Shown here: positions 39,736 through 49,167 of the stretch, in pieces
How the letters are laid out: each line of letters begins with the position of its first letter
How positions within the stretch are numbered: the first letter of the stretch is position 1
Notes under the pieces: generated by a model
Told to the model about the DNA's origin: nothing
The model's input: the letters and a program-made list of their open reading frames with translations, nothing else
The model's database searches: none
Made by a program: the position numbers and the translations under genes
Assembly: GCA_964291495.2 (NCBI GenBank)
Contig: OZ219871.1
Span: forward strand, 192,001 to 256,000
Reading direction: 5' to 3'
DNA: 64,000 bases
Source: Dehalococcoidia bacterium
GTDB taxonomy: Bacteria > Chloroflexota > Dehalococcoidia > UBA2979

Positions 39736-41064
39736 ATGCTGCCAATCCGCCTGATCCGCGAGCAGACCGACGAGGTGCGCCGCGCCTGCGCGCTGCGCGG
39801 CGTGGAGGCGCCGATCGACGAGATCCTCGAGTTCGATCGCGCGCGCCGTACGCTGCTCACCGAAGTCGAGGGCATGCGCGCCGAGCGCAACCAGGCCGGG
39901 CGCGCGATCGGCGCGACCCGCGACCCCGAGGAGCGCCAGCGGCTGATCGACGCGCAGCGCGAGGTCGCCTCGCGCCTCGACGACCTCGACGCGGCCGTGC
40001 GCGAGCGCGACGAGGAGCTGCAGCGCCTGCTGCTGGAGCTGCCGAACCTGCTCCACGCCTCGGTGCCCGAGGGCGGCGAGGAGGCGGGGCAGGTGCTCTT
40101 CGAGGGCGTCGGCGACGGCGAGCCGGTGCACACCTCTACGCCTGTGCCCGTCTCCGCTGCGCCCGCGCCCGCGAGCGAGGAGGGCCGGCGGCCACACTGG
40201 GAGATCGGCGAAGCGCGCGGGCTGATCGACTTCGAGCGCGGGACGAAGATCTCGGGGTCGCGCTTCTACGTACTGCGCGGGGCGGCGGCGCGACTGCAAC
40301 GCGCGCTCATCAGCTGGATGCTGGACCTGCATCGCGAGCGCGGCTGGGACGAGGTCTACGTGCCGTTCGTCGTCCGCGAGGAGATGCTGGTCGGCTCCGG
40401 GCAGCTGCCAAAGTTCGGCGACAACCTCTACCGAGACCACGAAGACGACGTCTGGCTGATCCCGACCGCCGAGGTGCCCGTCACCAACCTCTACCGCGAC
40501 GAGATCCTGCCGCTGGACGCGCTGCCCATCCACCACGTCGCCTACTCGCCGTGCTTCCGCCGCGAGCGCATGAGCGCCGGCCGCGACGTGCGAGGCATCA
40601 AGCGCGGCCACCAGTTCGACAAGGTCGAGCTGGTCAAGTTCTGCGAACCCGAGCGCTCGTGGGACGAGCTGGAAGCCCTGCTCGACGAGGCGCTCGAGGT
40701 CGTGCGCGCGCTCGGCTTCCGCTACCGGGTCGTGCGGCTCGCCGCGGGGGACGTGGGCGCCGCCTCGGCGATGACCTACGACGTCGAGGTCTGGGCGCCC
40801 GGCGCGGAGGAGTGGCTGGAGGTCTCCTCCTGCTCGAACTTCCTCGACTACCAGGCGCGCCGCGCCAGCCTCCGCTACCGCGACGCCGAGGGCCGCGTGC
40901 GCCACATGCACACACTCAACGGCTCCGGGCTCGCGCTGCCTCGCACCCTCGCCGCGCTGTTCGAGCAGTACGAGCGCCCCGACGGCATCGAGGTGCCCGA
41001 GGTGCTGCGCCCCTACCTCGGCGGCGCGGCCCTGATCGAGGACGAGCCTCAGCCCGGCTCCTGA
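39736..41064 (+). CDS. serS: Serine--tRNA ligase
   Basis: LIPTAEVP, FRRE, HQFDKVE, EVSSCSN and TLNGSGLA motifs. Confidence 0.98.
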   Translation: MLPIRLIREQTDEVRRACALRGVEAPIDEILEFDRARRTLLTEVEGMRAERNQAGRAIGATRDPEERQRLIDAQREVASRLDDLDAAVRERDEELQRLLLELPNLLHASVPEGGEEAGQVLFEGVGDGEPVHTSTPVPVSAAPAPASEEGRRPHWEIGEARGLIDFERGTKISGSRFYVLRGAAARLQRALISWMLDLHRERGWDEVYVPFVVREEMLVGSGQLPKFGDNLYRDHEDDVWLIPTAEVPVTNLYRDEILPLDALPIHHVAYSPCFRRERMSAGRDVRGIKRGHQFDKVELVKFCEPERSWDELEALLDEALEVVRALGFRYRVVRLAAGDVGAASAMTYDVEVWAPGAEEWLEVSSCSNFLDYQARRASLRYRDAEGRVRHMHTLNGSGLALPRTLAALFEQYERPDGIEVPEVLRPYLGGAALIEDEPQPGS

Positions 41065-41092
41065 GCCGCTCCCCACACCGACCACCCCGCAT

Positions 41093-41161
41093 CGAACGTC
41101 TGTGCTTGACAGCGGCGCACGCATGTTCCATCATGCAGGACGAGTGGCGGACATGCGTTCT
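41093..41161 (+). promoter_or_regulatory. Sigma70 promoter overlapped by three LexA-like boxes
   Basis: TTGACA(41106)-17 nt-CATCAT(41129); CGAAC-gtct-GTGCT, CGCAC-gcat-GTTCC, CGGAC-atgc-GTTCT. Confidence 0.65.
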
Positions 41162-41179
41162 ACGTGCGGGAGGTGAGGA

Positions 41180-41350
41180 ATGCTGTTCGCAACGCTGCTT
41201 GGAGTGCTGCTCGGGGCCGCCACGGTGCTGCTGCTGGAGCAGTGGCTGCGCGCGGAGCTGGCGCCGGTGCGCCCTGCCGTGGAGTCCCGCCTCGCGCGTC
41301 CGAGGCGCGCGACGACCTCGATCGCGCTGCGCCGCCTGCCGCCGCGCTAG
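41180..41350 (+). CDS. 56-aa single-TM peptide (absent from the ORF track)
   Basis: RBS GGGAGGTGAGG; MLFATLLGVLLGAATVLLLEQWLRAELAPVRPAVESRLARPRRATTSIALRRLPPR*. Confidence 0.65.
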   Translation: MLFATLLGVLLGAATVLLLEQWLRAELAPVRPAVESRLARPRRATTSIALRRLPPR

Positions 41351-41359
41351 ACTGCGCGC

Positions 41360-41902
41360 GTGACGCAGCCCGACGGACCCACACCCTCCTCGCCGCCCGC
41401 GCTCGTGCGCCTGCTCTTCGACGCGTTCGATGAGTTCGAGCGGGTTGCCGAGGCGCTCGCAGACCTCGATCCCGACGGCGCACCCCCTGCCGGCGCCGAC
41501 CGGCTCAACACCGGCGGCTGGATCGTCTCCCACGTCGCGAAGCAGCAGGACCTCTACTGGAACGGCGCACTGCAAGACCTCGACCCCGACCCCTGGCTCG
41601 ACGAGCAGCGCGTCGGCTTCGGAGACGCACCCTCCGCCCCCGACCTGCTCGCCGCGATCAAGGCGTTCCGGCGCGTCCGCTCGCGCGCGATCCCCTGGCT
41701 GCGCCGCCTCGATGCATCGCGCCTCGATGAGGTCGTGAGCCGATCGCGCGGCCCGCGGCGCGACCAGCGCGTGAGCGACCTGCTCACGAGGAGCATCGCG
41801 CATCTCTTCGCGCACGCTGGGGAACTGAGCGCGATCGCCTCGCTGGCGGGTGCTCCGGACCTCGGCGTGCCGGGGCGGATGACGCACTCGACCCGGAGCT
41901 GA
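41360..41902 (+). CDS. DinB/YfiT-superfamily protein
   Basis: NTGGWIVSHVA...AHLFAHAGEL His triad. Confidence 0.8.
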   Translation: MTQPDGPTPSSPPALVRLLFDAFDEFERVAEALADLDPDGAPPAGADRLNTGGWIVSHVAKQQDLYWNGALQDLDPDPWLDEQRVGFGDAPSAPDLLAAIKAFRRVRSRAIPWLRRLDASRLDEVVSRSRGPRRDQRVSDLLTRSIAHLFAHAGELSAIASLAGAPDLGVPGRMTHSTRS

Positions 41903-41935
41903 CAGCAGGGAGCAGCAGCGCGGCTGTTCGCGCTG

Positions 41936-43609
41936 CTACGCGTGGAGCATCCGAGCCGCGGTCTCGCGGGCCTCGTCCAGCGTCGCGACGAAGCTGTCGG
42001 CCGGGACGCGGTCCAGGACATTGAGCGCCTGGAGCGAGGATGCCGGCGAGCCGCTCAGGCCCATCACGATGCACTCGGTGTCCTCCGCGATGGCGATGTC
42101 GATCATCTGCTCGACCACCAGCGCGGCGCTGTCATCGATGTAGTCGGTCTCGGTGAAGTCCAGGATCACGACCTCGTGGTCGCGGATGTCGACGCCGATC
42201 GTGCTGATCAGGCTGCTCGAGGAGGCGACGGTGAAGGTGCCGCGCAACGCCACCATGCCGACGCGCGCGGAGAACGCGTCCGCTGCATCCTCCTCGTCCG
42301 CCTCGTCGGCGGTGGCGAGGAAGCTCTGGTCGAGCAGCGGCACCGAAACGACACTGTCCAGCTGCAGGCGTTCGAGCCGCCGGGCGCTTGCCATCCCGGC
42401 GGCGATCAGGCCGATCGCCACCGCCGTCACGAGGTCCAGGAACACCGTCAGCGCGAAGGTGATCAGCATCACCACCAGGTGCTCCCGCTGCACGCGGTGC
42501 AGCCGGGTGACGAACCGCCAATCGATGATGTCCCAGCCGACCTTCATCAGGATCCCCGCCAGCGCCGCGTGGGGAATCGATTCGACGTAGGTGCCGAGGC
42601 CCAGCACCAGCGCCAGCAGGATGCCGGCGCGCAACGCGCCGGAGATCTGCGTCCGCCCTCCGGCGCGGATGTTCACCACCGTGCCCATCGTGGCTCCGGC
42701 GCCGGGCAGCGCACCGATCAGCCCGGCCACCGTGTTGCCGATGCCCTGCCCGACCAGCTCCCGGTTGGGGTTGTGCTGCGTCCGCGTCATCGAATCGGCC
42801 ACCAGCGAGGTGAGCAGGCTGTCGATGGAGCCCAGCAGCGCGAGGACCAGCGCGGGCTCCACGGAGCGGACCAGGACGTCGGGGGCGAGATCGGGGGCCT
42901 TCAACTCCGGCAGGCCGGTCGGGACCTCACCGATGACCGGCGTGTCGCCCAGCCAGAGGAGGCTCACCGCCGTCCCGGCGATCAGCGCCGCCAGGGTTGG
43001 TGGCAGGTACCTTCTGAGCTGGGCCGGCCAGCCCACGCCCACGGCCAATGTGACGACCGCGATCACGAGCGCGCTGCCGTTGAGATCGCCGATCGCGTCG
43101 GGCCAGGCGCGGATGGCCTCCATCGGTCCGCCCTCCACGACGGGCGCGCCGAGGAAGGGCAGGGTCTGGAGCAGGATGATGATCGCGCCGATGCCGGTCA
43201 TGAACCCGGAGATGACGGAATACGGCGTGTAGGCGACGAAGCGGCCGATGCGCGCCACGCCCAGCGCGATCTGGATCAGGCCGGCCATGATCACGATCGT
43301 GAACGCCTCGGCGAAGGTCTCGGCGTGGGTGGTGACGATCACCGCCATGGCGACGGCCATCGGGCCGGTGGGCCCCGAGATCTGCGAGCGCGTCCCGCCA
43401 AACACCGCCGCGAAGAATCCGACGGCGATCGCTCCGTAGATGCCGGCGATGGCTCCGAGGCCGGATGTCTCGCCGAAGGCCAGCCCTACGGGGAGCCCCA
43501 CCACCGCCGCGGTGATGCCGCCGAAGAAGTCGCCGCGGAAGAGCTGCGGGCTATAGGTGAACCTCAAGGGGAATACTCTCGATTCTGGTCGGCGCTCGCG
43601 CCCGAACAT
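41936..43609 (-). CDS. SulP/SLC26 anion (bicarbonate/sulfate) transporter with STAS domain
   Basis: GDFFGGITAAVVGLP, QISGPTGP, ELVGQG and DSA STAS motifs. Confidence 0.95.
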   Translation of the reverse strand: MFGRERRPESRVFPLRFTYSPQLFRGDFFGGITAAVVGLPVGLAFGETSGLGAIAGIYGAIAVGFFAAVFGGTRSQISGPTGPMAVAMAVIVTTHAETFAEAFTIVIMAGLIQIALGVARIGRFVAYTPYSVISGFMTGIGAIIILLQTLPFLGAPVVEGGPMEAIRAWPDAIGDLNGSALVIAVVTLAVGVGWPAQLRRYLPPTLAALIAGTAVSLLWLGDTPVIGEVPTGLPELKAPDLAPDVLVRSVEPALVLALLGSIDSLLTSLVADSMTRTQHNPNRELVGQGIGNTVAGLIGALPGAGATMGTVVNIRAGGRTQISGALRAGILLALVLGLGTYVESIPHAALAGILMKVGWDIIDWRFVTRLHRVQREHLVVMLITFALTVFLDLVTAVAIGLIAAGMASARRLERLQLDSVVSVPLLDQSFLATADEADEEDAADAFSARVGMVALRGTFTVASSSSLISTIGVDIRDHEVVILDFTETDYIDDSAALVVEQMIDIAIAEDTECIVMGLSGSPASSLQALNVLDRVPADSFVATLDEARETAARMLHA

Positions 43610-43674
43610 ACCTAACGCAACGAGGTCTCACCACTCGGAGACCGTTGCGAGACTCCCACAAGCCCGATCCGGCT

Positions 43675-43802
43675 CCCTCTCCCTGGGGAGAGGACGGGGG
43701 TGAGGGGGAGGACTCCCGCGCGCCTGCCAGAGCCCCGATGGTGCAACGCAATTCCAGAGGGTGGGCCCTCCCTCACCCTCACCCTCTCCCTCGGGGAGAG
43801 GG
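43675..43802. repeat. REP-like inverted pair of CCCTCTCCC..GGGAGAGG palindromic units
   Basis: CCCTCTCCCTGGGGAGAGGACGGGGGTGAGGG and inverted CCCTCACCCTCACCCTCTCCCTCGGGGAGAGGG. Confidence 0.75.
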
Positions 43803-43920
43803 GACCGGAAGGGATGCGCTCGCTGCCCTGAGGAGAGGGCTCTTAAGGTCGCACTCGGGGCACGCGGGTACGCCCACGGCTGCCGTCGACCGATCGGGAC
43901 AGTGGGTTAGCGGAGAGGCG

Positions 43921-45156
43921 CTAGAGCTCGCGGACGAGCATGCCGCCCGGCTGCCGCCTCCAGGTGCGGATGCGGGCGTGCTCGATGCCGGCGGCCACCG
44001 CGTAGTCGCGGGCCCGCGCGGCGAAGCCGGAGGGGACGTAGATGTAGAGCGGCGCGTCGTCGTTCTCGAGTTGCGCCCAGACCAGCTCGGCCTGCCGCCG
44101 CGTCACCGTCTCCTTCGTCTCCACCTGCGCGACCATGATCGGGCGGTTGCGCGGATGCTCGACGACGACGATGTCCGGGAAGACCTGCGAGCGCGAGGCG
44201 CCGCCCGCTGTGAACTCCAGCGCGAGCTGCGGCTCCGGCACGTTGACGTAGGTGCGGTAGTCCGGATGCGCCTCGTCCGGGAACGGGAAGCGGTCGTTCG
44301 CGAGCTGGCTGATCGTCGTCTCCAGCTCGTGGCGGCGCGACTCCTCGCTGCGTCGCCACGGCGCGCCGGCTTCGCGCCAGCCCGCCAGCACCCGCTCGCG
44401 CTTCGCGTCGAAGCCGCGCAGCTCGCGGGCCTGCTGAACGACGAAGATCAGCAGGAACAGCAGCGCCGGGAGGACGAGGACCACGCCCAGCTCTGGCGGC
44501 CCCTGCAGGTTCCGGAAGATGCCAAGCCTCGGGATGATGTCGATGACTCCACCGATGATCGGGGTGCCGCCGTTGACCGGATCGCCCGGCGCCAACCAGA
44601 CGCCGACGAGCATGACGAGCATCCCGGCAAGCGCGACCACGCCGATCGGCGAGGGCTGGCCGTACTGCGAGACGGCAGGCCCTTCGTGGCGCCCGTGGTC
44701 CTCGACGGCCTCGATCTGTGTGCTGGCCGTGACGAGGGCGGGAGCGGCCTCGGCGGGCGCCTCCGCAGGCTCCTCGGCAGACTCAGCGGCGGGCGCTTCC
44801 GCGGCTGCCTCCTCCGCAGGTGCGGCCTCGGCCTCCGCGGGCTCCTCGGCCGCCGGTGCGGCGGGCGCAGCCGGTGCGGCGCCTCCGCCCACCATCGAGC
44901 GCGCGGCCGCGCGGTCTTCGAACCAGAGGGTGTTGATCTCGAGGAAGTGCGCCTGGTCCTCGGGCAGGTCGGCCTCGGCGAAGATCGCGCTCACCGGACA
45001 GGCGGGCTCGCAGGCGCCGCAGTCGATGCAGACCTCGGGCTCGATGTAGAGCATCCGGTCTTCGCCGGCCTCGAAGTGGATGCAGTCGACCGGGCAGACC
45101 TCGACGCAGGACTGGTCCTGCACATCGACGCAGGGCTGGGTGATGACGAAGGTCAC
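43921..45156 (-). CDS. 7Fe ferredoxin fused to Ala/Glu/Pro linker, two TMs and a PD-(D/E)xK-like domain
   Basis: TFVITQPCVDVQDQSCVEVCPVDC...CIDCGACEPACP; C-terminal FPDIVVV...AQVETK; RBS GGGAGGGGAGG. Confidence 0.75.
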   Translation of the reverse strand: MTFVITQPCVDVQDQSCVEVCPVDCIHFEAGEDRMLYIEPEVCIDCGACEPACPVSAIFAEADLPEDQAHFLEINTLWFEDRAAARSMVGGGAAPAAPAAPAAEEPAEAEAAPAEEAAAEAPAAESAEEPAEAPAEAAPALVTASTQIEAVEDHGRHEGPAVSQYGQPSPIGVVALAGMLVMLVGVWLAPGDPVNGGTPIIGGVIDIIPRLGIFRNLQGPPELGVVLVLPALLFLLIFVVQQARELRGFDAKRERVLAGWREAGAPWRRSEESRRHELETTISQLANDRFPFPDEAHPDYRTYVNVPEPQLALEFTAGGASRSQVFPDIVVVEHPRNRPIMVAQVETKETVTRRQAELVWAQLENDDAPLYIYVPSGFAARARDYAVAAGIEHARIRTWRRQPGGMLVREL

Positions 45157-45291
45157 CCGCGCGGCCTCCCCTCCCACGCTCGCCCGAGGGCGGGCGTCAG
45201 GCGCGTCACCTTGTCGGGCATCCTATCGGCGCTCCGTGTGAGCGTCTACGCCATTCCGGAAGCCGCTGCCGGTTGCGCCCGTGCCCCCTCG

Positions 45292-46773
45292 CTACGCGTC
45301 GCTGAGGTACGTCGCCGCGGAGCGGCCGGCGGCACGGCCGAAGACGGCGCCGGACATCAGGCCTGATCCGGCCGGGTAGTTGTAGTGGAAGAGGCCGCCG
45401 ACCATCTCGCCGCAGGCGTAGAGGCCGGGAATCGGCGCCCAGTCCGTGCTGATCACCTCGGACTCCGTGTTGATGCGCACGCCGCCGAAGGTGAAGGTGA
45501 TGCCGCCGGTGATCGGGTAGGCGCGATACGGCGGCGAGTCCAGCCGCTGCGCCCAGTTGGTCTTCTCCGGCTCCAGGCCGTCCGTCTTCAGCCCGTCGCG
45601 CACACCCGGGTCGAACGTGCCTCCGCCGACGACGGCGGAGTTGAACGCCTCGAGCGTGCGATTCGCCGTCTCCTGGTCCAGCGGCAGCTGCGCGACCAGC
45701 TCTTCCAGCGTGTCGGCGACGATCGGATCGCTCGTGCGATAGCGCGGCTCGAGGGCCTCGAACACCTTGGAGTCGAAGATCTGGTAGCCGATGCCGCCCG
45801 GCTGGCGCAGCACCGCGCCGCCGGTCTTCGCGTAGGTCAGCAGGTGGAAGTCCTCGCCCTCGTCGATGAAGCGATCACCCTCGGTGTTGAGGATGACGCC
45901 GAAGGGGTAGGAGAGGCGGTTGGTCTGATCGGTGAGCCGGCGGTCGCCGTACAGCGGCGCGTCCGCGGAGATCGGCGTGCCGTGGCTGCCGGACCACTGC
46001 CCATAGGGCAGCGCGCCGACCTCGAGGGCCATGCGCAGGCCGTCGCCGTAGTTGTAGCGCGTGCCGCGCACGCGCGCCGTGTCCCAGGGCCGCCCGAGGT
46101 AGCGCGCGCGCCACTCGGGGTTGGCCTCGAAGCCGCCGCAGCCGAGGATCACCGTGCCCGCCTCGATCTCGTGCAGGCCGTCGGCGTCGTTCACCACCAG
46201 GCCGCTGATCGCGCCGCTGTCGTCGAGTGTCAGCGAGCGTGCGCCCGTGCCGTAGCGCAGCTCGATGCCGCGGTCGCGGGCCACCTCGAACCACATCCGC
46301 GACAGCCCGATGCCGATGCCGACGGCGCGGATCACCGCGCCCTGCGGCCAGCGCACCGCGCCCTCGTACTTGACGGCGGAAAGGTCGGTCGCGGGGCCCA
46401 TCACGATGCCCTGCTCGACCATCCAGCGGACCGTCTCGTAGGAGCGGCTGATCAGCGCCTCGGACAGCTCCGGGTCCGAGGAGCCCTCGGTCACGCGGTC
46501 GAGGTCGGCGCGGAACTGGGCGGCGCCGTAGGGCTTGATGTTCTGCGTGAAGCCCGGCACCTGCTCCTCGATGTTGGGGACGATCGGGAGCAGGTCCTCG
46601 GGGCTCTCGAAGGCGAAGCGGAAGAGGCCGCCGCTGTAGTGGGTGTTGCCGCCGCGCAGCTCCTCCGGAGCCTTCTCCAGCATCAGCACCCGCTCGGCGC
46701 CGTGCTCGTGGGCGGAGACGGCGGCTGCGTGGGCGGCGTTGCCCGCGCCGACGACGACGACGTCGTACTGCAT
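45292..46773 (-). CDS. FAD-dependent tricarballylate dehydrogenase TcuA-like
   Basis: VVGAGNAA, RGGNT, GCGGFEAN, GITFTFGG and NYPAGSGLMSGAVFGR motifs. Confidence 0.88.
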   Translation of the reverse strand: MQYDVVVVGAGNAAHAAAVSAHEHGAERVLMLEKAPEELRGGNTHYSGGLFRFAFESPEDLLPIVPNIEEQVPGFTQNIKPYGAAQFRADLDRVTEGSSDPELSEALISRSYETVRWMVEQGIVMGPATDLSAVKYEGAVRWPQGAVIRAVGIGIGLSRMWFEVARDRGIELRYGTGARSLTLDDSGAISGLVVNDADGLHEIEAGTVILGCGGFEANPEWRARYLGRPWDTARVRGTRYNYGDGLRMALEVGALPYGQWSGSHGTPISADAPLYGDRRLTDQTNRLSYPFGVILNTEGDRFIDEGEDFHLLTYAKTGGAVLRQPGGIGYQIFDSKVFEALEPRYRTSDPIVADTLEELVAQLPLDQETANRTLEAFNSAVVGGGTFDPGVRDGLKTDGLEPEKTNWAQRLDSPPYRAYPITGGITFTFGGVRINTESEVISTDWAPIPGLYACGEMVGGLFHYNYPAGSGLMSGAVFGRAAGRSAATYLSDA

Positions 46774-46865
46774 GGTCGGTTCCTCGCTTCCAGGCTGTTC
46801 TTGCCTCGCTGCGCCGGGCCGATGGTACGGGCTCGCGCGGTACGGGGTAGCGCGTCCTGCCACGC

Positions 46866-48056
46866 TCAGTGGATCACGTTGTCGTGGACCAGTTCCTTGA
46901 TCTCCTCGCGACTGAGGCCGAGCAGCTCGCCGTAGACGTACGGCTCGCCGCTGCCTTGCAGCCTCGCCGCGTGGCGCACCGTCGCCGGGGTGTCGGAGAG
47001 GCTCCACGGCGAGGTCATCACCCACTTCTTCCCGAGGATGGCGTGCTCCACCTCCACCCAGCGGCCCTGGGCCGCCAGGTGCTCGTCCTCGAGCAACTGC
47101 TTGCCGTTGAGCACCGGCGCGGCGGCCACGCCCGCGGCCTGCAGCCGCGCCGCGAGGTCGCCCGGGGGCTGCGCGCTCGTCCACTCGCCGATCAGCGCGT
47201 CCAGCTCCTGCTCGTGCTCCAGCCGCTCCAGCACGCCGGCGAAGCGCGGATCCTCGGCCAGCTCGGGGCGGCCCATCTCCTCGCAAAGCGCCTGCCACTC
47301 GCCGTCCGTGCCGATGGCGATGCTCACCCACTCGTAGTCGCCGGCGCAGCGGTAGACGGCGTGCGGAGCCATCGTCGGCTCGCGGTTGCCCTGCGGCTCG
47401 GCGCTCCGTCCGTTCAGCGCCGCATCGAGCACGAGGTCGCCGACCAGCGAGGTCAGCGACTCGTTTGCGGAGAGGTCGAGGTACTGACCCTCGCCCGTGC
47501 GCTCGCGGTGGATCAGCGCATAAAGCACGGCGAAGACGAGCCAGTGCGCGCTGATCAGGTCAGGCCAGTTGACGTACTCGCCGGGCGGCCCTCCGGCATA
47601 GCCCGAGGTGAGCCCGACGCCGCTGCGCGAGACGAAGTTGGGCGCGTAGCCGACCTCGTCCTCGTCCGGCCCGCCCTTGCCGGAGGCGCTGAGCGAGATC
47701 GCGATGATGTCCGGCCGCAGCTCGCGCAGCGCCTCGTAGCCGAGGCCGAGCCGCGCGACGGAGCCAGGCCGCTGGTTCTCGACAACGATGTCGCACTGCG
47801 CGGCCAGCCGCCGCCCGAGGTCGAGGCCGCGCGGATCGCGCAGGTTGAGCCGCACGCATTCCTTGTTGAGGTAGAGCACGTTGATCGCCGGATCGTCGTC
47901 GGTGGCGCGGATGCGCGGGATCATCGCGCTGGTCACGCGGATCACCTCGGCGCCGAGGAAGCCGAGCATCTGCGTCGCCGCCGGCCCGGCGACGCCCGTC
48001 GTCAGGTCCAGGACGCGCTTGCCCGCGAGCGGGCCGGGCGCGGACTCGTCCGCCAT
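46866..48056 (-). CDS. CaiB/BaiF class III CoA-transferase
   Basis: PLAGKRVLDL, GAEVI, VENQRPG, WPD (catalytic Asp), ERTGEGQ. Confidence 0.92.
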   Translation of the reverse strand: MADESAPGPLAGKRVLDLTTGVAGPAATQMLGFLGAEVIRVTSAMIPRIRATDDDPAINVLYLNKECVRLNLRDPRGLDLGRRLAAQCDIVVENQRPGSVARLGLGYEALRELRPDIIAISLSASGKGGPDEDEVGYAPNFVSRSGVGLTSGYAGGPPGEYVNWPDLISAHWLVFAVLYALIHRERTGEGQYLDLSANESLTSLVGDLVLDAALNGRSAEPQGNREPTMAPHAVYRCAGDYEWVSIAIGTDGEWQALCEEMGRPELAEDPRFAGVLERLEHEQELDALIGEWTSAQPPGDLAARLQAAGVAAAPVLNGKQLLEDEHLAAQGRWVEVEHAILGKKWVMTSPWSLSDTPATVRHAARLQGSGEPYVYGELLGLSREEIKELVHDNVIH

Positions 48057-48062
48057 CAGGCC

Positions 48063-48995
48063 CTACTCCCCGCCATCGCCTGCATCGGACGCATCCGAGT
48101 CGCCGCCGCCGAGCTCGACGCCCGCCCGCTCCTCCTGGAGCCGGAAGAAGATGTTGGAGTCGTAGTCGCCCCAGCCACGCCCGAGGGCGGCGAGCATCTC
48201 CTGCTCGGAGAGCGCGGCGTGCGCCATCGGCACGCCCAGCTCGCGCGCGAGCTCGGTCGCAAGCCCGAGGTCCTTGCGCGAGAGCCGCAGTGCGAAGCTC
48301 GGCGGATCCCAGCGCTGCGCGAACACCGTGTCGACGAGGCGATGGTCGAGGAAGTGCCCCTGTCCGAACGCCCCGTCCTGCAGCACACGCCGCATCACGT
48401 GCGGATCAACGCCTGCCTTTGCCGCTAGCGTCATGCCCTCGGCGATCGCCATCCGCGAGGAGACCGAGGTCATGTTGTGCACCAGCTTGGCGACCATGCC
48501 GCTGCCGATGCCGCCGATGTAGCTGACCTTGTCGCCAATGGAGTCGAGCACGGGCTTCAGCTCCTCGTAGCGGTCGGCGTCGCCGCCGACCATCACGGCG
48601 AGCGTGCCCGCCGCCGCGCCGGTGATGCCGCCGCTCACGGGCGCGTCCAGCACCTCGATCCCGCGCTCGGCGAAGCGCGCGTGGATCTCCCGGATCAGCG
48701 TCGGCCGGTTGGAGGAGAGGTCGATGTAGACGCTGCCCTCGGCGGCGCTCTCGAGGATGCCGCCGGGGCCGAGTGCGACCGCCTCGACCTCGGGCGGGCC
48801 GGGCAGCGAGGTGAAGACGAGATCGCTCGCCTCGGCGACGGCCTGCACGCTGTCGGCCCAGCTCGCGCCCGCAGCGAGGTGCGGATCGGCCAGCTCGCGG
48901 CGCAGGTCGTTGACGGTCAGATCCTGGCCGGCCCCGATCAGGTTCATGGCCATCGGGCCGCCCATGTTGCCGAGCCCGATGAAGCCGATCCGCAT
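48063..48995 (-). CDS. 3-hydroxyisobutyrate dehydrogenase-family oxidoreductase
   Basis: [25 protein letters not shown] and KDL motifs. Confidence 0.92.
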   Translation of the reverse strand: MRIGFIGLGNMGGPMAMNLIGAGQDLTVNDLRRELADPHLAAGASWADSVQAVAEASDLVFTSLPGPPEVEAVALGPGGILESAAEGSVYIDLSSNRPTLIREIHARFAERGIEVLDAPVSGGITGAAAGTLAVMVGGDADRYEELKPVLDSIGDKVSYIGGIGSGMVAKLVHNMTSVSSRMAIAEGMTLAAKAGVDPHVMRRVLQDGAFGQGHFLDHRLVDTVFAQRWDPPSFALRLSRKDLGLATELARELGVPMAHAALSEQEMLAALGRGWGDYDSNIFFRLQEERAGVELGGGDSDASDAGDGGE

Positions 48996-49167
48996 GGCCG
49001 TGCCCTCCGCTCACCGCGCGTCCGGCCGGCGTTTCGCTGGCCGCTGCGGCGTCGCCCGGCGGATACTAGCAGCGGCCACGGGCAGGCGCTGCCGCTGTCC
49101 GGCACAGCGTGTAGGCTTGCGCGGCCTGCAACCCGCTTCCGCGACGCCCTCGGGGAGGATCCGCGAC

